64,000 nucleotides of DNA from the human T2T-CHM13v2.0 reference genome, Homo sapiens. The DNA lies in NCBI RefSeq assembly GCF_009914755.1, contig NC_060932.1, one strand, 5' to 3'. The position numbers and the translations under genes are program-made. Shown piece by piece: positions 55,628 to 64,000 of the stretch (within the stretch, counting starts at the first letter, position 1; each line of letters begins with the position of its first letter). The notes under the pieces are model-generated. The model did not search any database and was not told the DNA's origin. It was given only the letters and a program-made list of their open reading frames with translations.

Positions 55628-55629
55628 TA
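55449..55629. repeat. Minisatellite: 5 copies of a 26-28 bp unit ATATATACACACGTATATATGTATAC, flanked by (TG)n and (CA)n
   Basis: CpGs at 55476, 55502, 55528, 55554 and 55582. Confidence 0.9.
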
Positions 55630-58600
55630 CCTGTATCTATCTATCTATATACCTATACCCATACCTCTCTCTCTTCCTCTAGTTTTTTCTTAATCTTGGC
55701 AGTTCTTGATCCAAATTCCTCTTTTTGCTGCAAAAGCTAGCTTTATTCATTGTCAAAAATTTATTCATCATCATAAAAACAAATGCTCCAGAATAGTTGA
55801 TTACCACACAAATAAAGTCAAATTCATCTCTCTATTTTATCTCTATCCATCCATTTACCTGTCTATCCATCTATCAATTCAAACTCTTGTTCAGCCCATC
55901 CATTCAATCGTACCTGCTAGAGTTTATCTTCCTTTCTTTATCTTTTGCCTATCTTTGGGCCCAACCTGGAATAGAAACTATGGCTTCCATCCAAGAAAGC
56001 ATCATTCAAATTGTGCTCAGCCACATGGCAGTCTAAATTTGGAATCCACAAGGTTTTGAGAATGTCTTTCAACCTTTGGGTGATTATCTGAACTCAATTC
56101 AAACCTTCATGCTTGAAGACTCTGCTATTGTTAATTATGGCTCCTGTTCGCCGCTGGTCAGTCACCTGGCTGTTTTCATTTTGCCTGGGAAATGACCTTT
56201 TACAAATTCCCTGGATTGTTTGAAACCAGCTGCATGGCAGAGGCTGGTTGATGATGGGTGAACCAAAGAAGGTTGATAGTTTTCAGCTTAGCCTACCCTG
56301 GACGAGGGCCCGAAGCTCCTGGCTTTGAATAAACTCAAATAGAATTCACCTGGAAGAGCAGCTTTCCCTAACAGTTGTTTGTGTTACAGACTTAGCCACA
56401 AAAGCCTCATGAGAATGCTGGGTCAGAAAACACAGGGATGGGTGTGATTTGGGGCCGAGCGGGGATAGGGGAGCTGATTACAGGATATGCTCACCTCCCC
56501 CACCACGGATGTAGCTTTGGTTTGGTGGTTTGATTTTAGTATACCCTAAACTAATTTAGTCCTATCCATACTAAATTCTAGTTGGGCACTTGAGAAAGAG
56601 CTTTTATTTCATCCTTGGCTTTAAAAAAATAAAGGCAATATGTTCTTTTTGAAGAGAAAACAACAAAACAGGTTTTGCAAGGGCTGGATTTTCAGTTCTG
56701 GAGTTTCCCACACTATCTATGGCCTAAAGGCTTGGCAAGGGCAAACCAGGGCTGTTTAGGGTGAAAAAGATAAAACTAATATCTTAAGCTTGTGTAGAGC
56801 TTTATACTTTAAAATGTCTTTTCAACCATCGCTGACTGCAAACTTAATCTCTGCCATGCAGTGTGCTGGGGAAATAAAGGAATAAAGTGAGGTCCTTGTT
56901 CTCAAAGAGCTCATGGGTTAGTAGAAGGAGATCAACACTGATGTAAGCAGATGTAACAAGACAGTTTCATGCCACCATGCCAGCAGAGAGGAGGGAGGAG
57001 CCAATTCTGCTGTGTAAAAGGTAAGGCAGTTAGAAGAGTAGGACAAAAGTATTATAGAATATTCAAGCTTAAAGGGACCTTAGATTTTATATAATCCTAC
57101 ACAATCATTCTAAAGATGAAAGAACTTCATCCCAGCTGTGAAATGACTTACCTAAAGTCAAACAGCTGGATTAGCAGTGCAGTGGGTCTAGGATGCTGAA
57201 CTTTCAGATCTCAGGGTCGTAGTTCTTTTTTTCCCCACATTGCATGGCAATATCTCACATTCTCAGCAAGGGACCTGAGCACTTCCGTGGGGTACTGCAC
57301 TGTGCTGGTGAAGAACCCACGAACTCCTCTGTCTTGCATGCAGGGCTAGTTCAAGGCTGACTGGGCCTCCAGTCTGTGTTCTGTCTGCCTTTCTCACTCT
57401 TTCATTGATGACCAGTGTTTTGATGCTCAGGGTCTCTCCAGGAATCACATATACTCGTCCATTCTAAGGAGTTAATGGTTTCCTTTTGGAATCTCTTCCA
57501 GAGTACAGCACTTAGTATAAGGTCTCAGGAAAAGCAACTAATAGCAGACTTTTAGGCACTTAGTAGAGATATATTTGGGAGACAAGAATCTTCCTGTGTC
57601 CCCTCAGTCACTCTTCACTGAAGACCATTCAGTACGTCTAGTTTTAGAAGTGAAATTGTCAGGGAGAACCTCTGCCTTGTTGTCAGAAGCAATCCTTAGC
57701 TCGTGGAAGTGCATTGGGAAGCCACACCATGGCTCACAGGTGAAATTAGATAGAGGGGTAACTGGCATTTTACGGGAGGAGACTGAGAAAGTGATGTGAA
57801 GTCTAAGGTCACACAGCTGGCAGAGGACCTCCAGTGCACATGCTGCCTGATGGAGATTTAATTGACATCCCTCTTACCAAGCTCTGGTTGAGTCCAGATA
57901 CTCACAGATGCCGTGGGAATGGTGAGGTTTGAGAGCGAGGTTTGGAGGCTGAAAGCTTTTCTGTATGATCATGGAAATCCATTACCCTCTGTGCTCTTGG
58001 GAATGCCTGCTCTTCTTCCCTGCATTGGTCTGAAAAAGAACAAGCAAACAAAAGTAAGTATTGCTTTCCCCTGTGTTTGACAAGCACTTTATGTTGTGGG
58101 CCTCTTTTGTTACTTAATTCCTAGCTGATTTTTGGCTCTGTGTGCAGAATATTGGCTCTTGGGACAGTTGTGTGTGTATATGTATTTTAATCTCTGTGTG
58201 TCAATATACTAAAACAATGAAGTCTCAAAGTTTGTTTCAGGCATCTGAGTATGGTAAAATTTGGCTTCTGGAAGGTCTAGGTCCTGGAATTTTCTAGGCT
58301 AAAAGTTTTTCAAGTTGTTTAAAGTCATAGAATCTTTATGTAACAAAGAATCTCATAATTGTGTCTAAAAATTTACTTATATATGTGTGTGTGTGTGTGT
58401 ACACACCCACACATACATAGTTTTAAACTATAATATCTATTTGAAACTATATCTATTACTCCTTGCCATGGGTATATTGCAACTGACCCTTAATATATTG
58501 CGCTGTAAATAATGCTAGAAAGGAATCAAGGATGATAAGTGAGTATAGGAAGGGAGAAGAGGGAGAAGCATATAATAATTTGTTAAGATAGAATATTGAC

Positions 58601-59049
58601 AAGCCTTTTTTAATAAATAAAAATACTGCATCTGACGTATACGTGGAAAAACATATACACATTTGCACAAATTTAAAATAGGAAATAAAGCAGAATTTAT
58701 ATCCATTTATAATAGAGATCTATGGGAAGGTTGTTGGTCTCTAATGATAACGGTGCTGCCCAGGAGGAAGTGTGGAGTGCCGCATGAGAGAGTTGGGGGC
58801 GGGGGAGGTGCTAAGGTTTCAAGCCAGCTGCTCCCACCTAACAACTCTATAAGCTTGGGACTATTACTTTCTATGGGCTTCAGCTTCCTACTCCGTAAAA
58901 TCAGGGGAAATGATGTTTCTTCAGAGAATAATGAAAATTAAACAAAATCTTAAGTTGCTTGGCACATGACCAGCATTCCATAAAATGTCAGTTCCTTTCT
59001 TAATCCTAGCATCTTTACTGTTTATGGTGGTAACATAATACTTACATAT

Positions 59050-59412
59050 TGTTATGGACTGAATATGTCCTCCCAGAATTGGTATGTTGAAACCCTAACC
59101 CTCAATGTGCTATTTGGGGGTGGGGCCTTGGGAGGTGATTAGTTTAGATGAGGTTATAAGGGTGGGACCCTCATGGTGGGATGAGTGGCCTTATAAGAAA
59201 AGACACCAGAAAGCTTGCTTCCTTTTACTCTCTCTTCTCCAAGTAAGGGCACAGTGATAAGGTGACCGTCTGCAAGCCAGGAAGACAGCCCTTATCTGGA
59301 ACCAAATTGGTCAGCATGTTGATCTTGAATTTCCTAGCCTCCAAATAAATGTCTGTTGTTTAAGCCACCCAATATGTGACATTTTGCTATAGCAGCCTGG
59401 CTGGCTAACACA
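59050..59412 (+). mobile_element. Solo MaLR LTR (MLT1A/MSTD type)
   Basis: TGTTATGGACTGAATATGTCC...AATAAATGTCTGTTGTTTAAGCCACCC...CTAACACA. Confidence 0.85.
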
Positions 59413-59459
59413 CACTTGACGACATCTTGTTTGAAAAGGTAGTTATGGCTTGATTCCTC

Positions 59460-59756
59460 TTTTTTTTTTTTTTTTTTTGAGACGGAGTCTCTCTCTGTTG
59501 CCCAGGCTGGAGTGCATGGTGCGATCTCATCTTACTGCAACCTCTGCCTCCTGGGTTCAAGCGACACTCCTGCCTCAGCCTCCCGAGTAGCTGGGACTGC
59601 AGGCGCCCGCCAGTACGCCTGGCTAATATTTGTATTTTTAGTAGAGACGGGCTTTCACCATATTGGCCAGGCTGGTCTCAAACTCCTGAGCTTGTGATCT
59701 GCCCACCTTGGCCTCCCAAAGTGCTGGGATTACATGTGTGAGCCACCACGCCCGGC
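59460..59756 (-). mobile_element. AluS element
   Basis: Poly-T tail and flanking duplication TGGCTTGATTCCT. Confidence 0.94.
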
Positions 59757-60000
59757 TGGCTTGATTCCTATTTTAAGGATGGCAAACTGGAAGTCTCAGA
59801 GAAGTTGTGAAGTCCAACATCACAAGAAAGAGCCAGCATCAGGATTAGAGTTTGCACTTCCAGTGTCTAACTCAGCATTATTCCATGATACCATACTTCC
59901 TCTCTTTATAATAATTAGGGCTGTAACGTCAGAAATGGAGATGGTGTGGGGTTCCATCTTACTTCATTGTTTTTAATTTGGTTTCTTGTTTGGGTGACAG

Positions 60001-60196
60001 CAGATCTTCTTAACCTGGAGCAGTTTTGCCACTGCCCCTCCGTCCTGGGGAGTATTTGGTATATTTGGAAACAGTTTTGATTGTCTCTATTTTGACTGGG
60101 GTAGAGGGTACTGCTAGAATTTTAGTGGTTAGAGACCAACGATGCTGCTTACCATCCTACAATGCATAGGATAACTTTAATGGTTGAAAAACCCTG
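60001..60196. mobile_element. MER20-like hAT DNA transposon
   Basis: CAGTTTTGCC...TTTGGAAACAGTTTTGATTGTC...GATGCTGCTTACCATCCTACAATGCATAGGA. Confidence 0.72.
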
Positions 60197-60623
60197 GGTT
60201 ATGGTCATACAATGGAATGCATTCTCTACCCGGAGACAGCAATACTTGTACTGTTTGCCTTTTGCTGTGACTGAAGAATTTAAGGATTGACATCTTGCTG
60301 CAAAGTGTAATATAAAGCTAGAGGGGGAAAATACAACCAGGCTCAGAAACAATAGTCCCTGAACACTTTAAAAAATATTATGGCATTGACAAAATCATAT
60401 TAAAATAACAGGAGGTATCCAAGATAAAAATATTTCTCAATTTCATCACCTAATTAAATCATCCCCATATATATTTAAAATGTGAGAAATTCGTAACACC
60501 ATCCAAATTCTAAGTTTATTAGTAAATATTCAGCTGGTTCTCATGGTTGTATAATTCTACAGAATTGACAAAACGTATTCTAGAACCTTCCTTACGAGTC
60601 TGTTATTGAAGAAATGAACCGGA

Positions 60624-60981
<358 letters not shown>

Positions 60982-61639
60982 CTATAATCTTATTTAACAG
61001 AAAATATAGAAATGGCAAGAAAAAGAAATTTATATGAGGGATTTGTGAACAAATTTCTAGGGCATTTGCAGAGGTCAATATGGATTTCAGATTCCCCCAC
61101 TCTCTGCAGGCACTTGAGCAATCTGGTATATGATGTAAATGATCCCAGGCCCTTGTGTTGCCTCAGCTGTCCTGGACAAACTTCGCCTGACTTTGCCAAG
61201 GCAGGAAGGTAAACCCAGAAAAAAAATTGCACCAGCACAAAAGATTGGGAGTGAGGAGAAATTTTTTGGAGTCGGGGGGAGGGGGTTGGATTAATTACCT
61301 GAAAAGCTCAGTACTCCAGGGTATTCTAACCAATGGAATTTTATTGCAAAACACCCTGTATATGTGAAAGATTGAGTAGGAGGCTAGAGGAGGATGCATA
61401 CTCCAGCACAGAATGCTGTTAGAGGTGAGAGTTTACTGCAAGAAGCTCAAAGAATCCATCCTCAGCCAAACCTCCTGGGGGTGTTAAGCTGGGGGATCTT
61501 GGATGGTGACAACTTGCATGATTCTGTCACCAAAGCATACTCAGATTGTGGCAGAGGACTTCTTCCTTTGGAACATGAGATATAGGATGGGCATGGAACG
61601 CTTGTGTGGTGGCTTGGCAAACCTCTTCTTGAAAAAGTG

Positions 61640-62500
61640 AATTTGATTTAGAAAATAAGAAATGCACAGAAAATTTAAAAAATACATACCAATAATTACA
61701 TACCAAAATACATAATTAACAGTATGATGTACACTTTGCACCCCTGACCCAGATTGTCCAATGGCATCATCTGGCCTCAACAGTTCCATCCCACTTGTCA
61801 TGTATATACACACTGCCTTGGTGCCAAACTGTTGATAAATAGGCTGCAAACATCGTGACAATTCACTTCTAAAAGCTTCTGCATGCAACTCCCAGGGAAG
61901 AGAGAATTCTCATACACAACCACACCCTTAACAAATCTAAGGAAATTAACAATAATTTCATATCATCACCCAATAGTCTGTAAAGTTAAATATTCCCAAT
62001 TGTCCCGACAATGTTCCCTATACCCTGTAGCTATTGCATTGCCCATGTATCTCTTTAGTTTCCTCCCATCTAGACCAATCCACAAGTCTTTCTTTGTTCT
62101 TCGTGACAATGAAGCTTTTGAAGAGTGTGAGATTGGTTTGAAAGTTTCCTCATAATTAAATTCAGGTTAAACAATTATGGCAAAGTACACACAAAGAATG
62201 TGTGTACTCATGGTACCACACAAAAGGGCATACAGTGTCAGCGGTCCCACTATTGGTGATGTCAAGTGTGACTATTTGGGTAAGGTGGTAACTCCCAGAT
62301 CTCTCTGTTGAGAAATACATCCTCTCCACCTCCCTGTCCTCCTCCCCACACCATCCCTGGAATTTAATAAATAATCAGTGGGGTGATACTTTAAGATTCT
62401 ATTTTTTTAACATACATTGATGATTTTTGCCTTAATTATTACACTGGAGGATTTTCTAATTTTTTGAGTCCTTTTACACTTACTAGTTACATTCTTTTGT
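61640..62500 (-). mobile_element. Old L1M 3'-UTR-like fragment, approximate
   Basis: TTAAATTCAGGTTAAACAATTATGGCAA and CCCACTATTGGTGATGTCAAG...TAAGGTGGTA motifs. Confidence 0.55.
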
Positions 62501-63219
62501 AAAAAGAGATTTTCCTTTCACTCTTATTTCTCTTCTCTCCCCTCCCCACATTTCCTCTTCTTCCTCTTCTTCTCCTCTGCCTCCTTTTCCTTCTTTTTTT
62601 CCTCTCTTGCTTTTACTTCTTCTCTTTCTTTTTCTCCTTTATCTTCCTCATCTCTCTTTCTCTGTTTTTCAAATATCAGTATTATAATAACATCTGCATT
62701 TCTTCAGTGTTACATTTGATTATTATTGTTACTCCTTATGATCTGCAATCATCCCAGACTTGGGTAATGAGAGCCCCTTCAAGACAGCTCCTCCGTCTTT
62801 TGACCTGTGTCCATCATCCCTGGACTCTTGCTTGATTCTGGCTGAAGATGTGTCAGGCTTTTCATTGTCCAGGCCTGGAGTCAGCATTTCTCGAGGAATA
62901 GTGGTTCCTATTGGTGGGGAGTGGTATTTAGAAATGCACACACAAACACACACACACACACATATGAATGTACACTTCACATATACATCCTATTCATGTA
63001 GAAAACCACAAAATTTCCCCCCGGCTTCTCTCATTCCATATCTGTGTCTTCCTCTTGCAAAGTGGAAACCCTGGCTCCCTAAAATATTAATTTACTTACA
63101 CATTTACTCTATATTACACCACAGACAAAGTAGTTCCAAATTACAGCATGAACGCCACTAGGAACAGCAAACCTAATTGTAAAATTCACAATTTGTTTGC
63201 AATTCATCTTCTTAGACTC

Positions 63220-63882
63220 CATTAGTCCCCCCTTACCTGAAGTTATGCTTTTCAGTGTTTCAGTTATCTGCGGTCAACCCTCTGTCCAAAAATATTGAAT
63301 GGAAAATTTTAGAAACAATTTATACATTTTAAATTGCACACCCTACTGCAGAGCATGATGAAATCTTGTGCTGTCCTGTACCTTCCTGCTCTGTCCTGCT
63401 GGGATGTGAATCATCCCTTTGTCCAGCTCCTCCATGCCGCGGATGTTCCCTGCCTGTTAGTCCCTTTAGTGCCGTCTTGGTCATCAGATTGACTGTGATG
63501 CCATCACCATGCTTGTGTTCAAGTCACCCTTATTTTACTTAATAATGGCCCCAATCCACAAGAGGAGTGATGCTGGCAATTTGGATGTGCCAAAAAGAAG
63601 CCATAGGATACTTCCTTTAAGTGAAAATGTGCAAGTTCTTAACTTGAAAGAAAAAAAAAGCATATGCTGTTTTTGTCCAGGATCTATGGTAAGAGTGAAT
63701 CTGTGAAATTGTAAAGAAGGAAAAAAAAATCATGCTAGTTGTGCTGTCACACCTCAAACTTTATCATAGGTGCATATGTTTGTACAGAAAGAAACAGCGT
63801 ATATAGGGCTCAGTACATCCACACTTTTGGGTGTCCACTGGCGGTCTTGGAACGTAGTCCCCATGGATAAAGGGAACTACTG
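63220..63882. mobile_element. MER44 (Tigger7-derived TcMar) DNA transposon
   Basis: Terminal inverted repeats CATTAGTCCCCCTTACC and GGATAAAGGGAACTACTG, with internal TTTCAGTTATCTGCGGTCAACC. Confidence 0.82.
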
Positions 63883-64000
63883 CATATCCTATTGTATTCA
63901 TGTTACTTTAAATAATGATTTTTCTCTGTGTATGTTTTAAACTTTATATATAGTTTGAATCATTTGTTTCTGTTTGTATTCAATTCTAGGGTTTGCCTTT

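Overview
Primate (most likely human) genomic DNA containing the complete coding sequence of stanniocalcin-1 (STC1) on the minus strand. The four coding exons are 11518-11401, 9375-9233, 8521-8310 and 2022-1752 (744 nt, 247 aa plus stop). The gene has a TATA/inverted-CCAAT promoter near 11.8-11.9 kb, an interrupted CAG-repeat 5'UTR, and a long 3'UTR that probably continues past the left edge. The remaining ~52 kb is upstream non-coding DNA with no other credible gene: Alus, L1/L2 fragments, MaLR and MLT2 LTRs, DNA transposons (including a Ricksha-type MULE and MER44), microsatellites and two TA-rich VNTRs. The most interesting observations are (i) a stop-free, AUG-free 5'UTR whose CAG blocks read as polyQ in frame with STC1, with a CUG just before them, and (ii) clustered miR-101, Pumilio, miR-30 and AU-rich motifs in the 3'UTR. 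I found no demonstrably new biological system. The findings are testable hypotheses, and repeat subfamily names and boundaries are from recognition, not from a database search.
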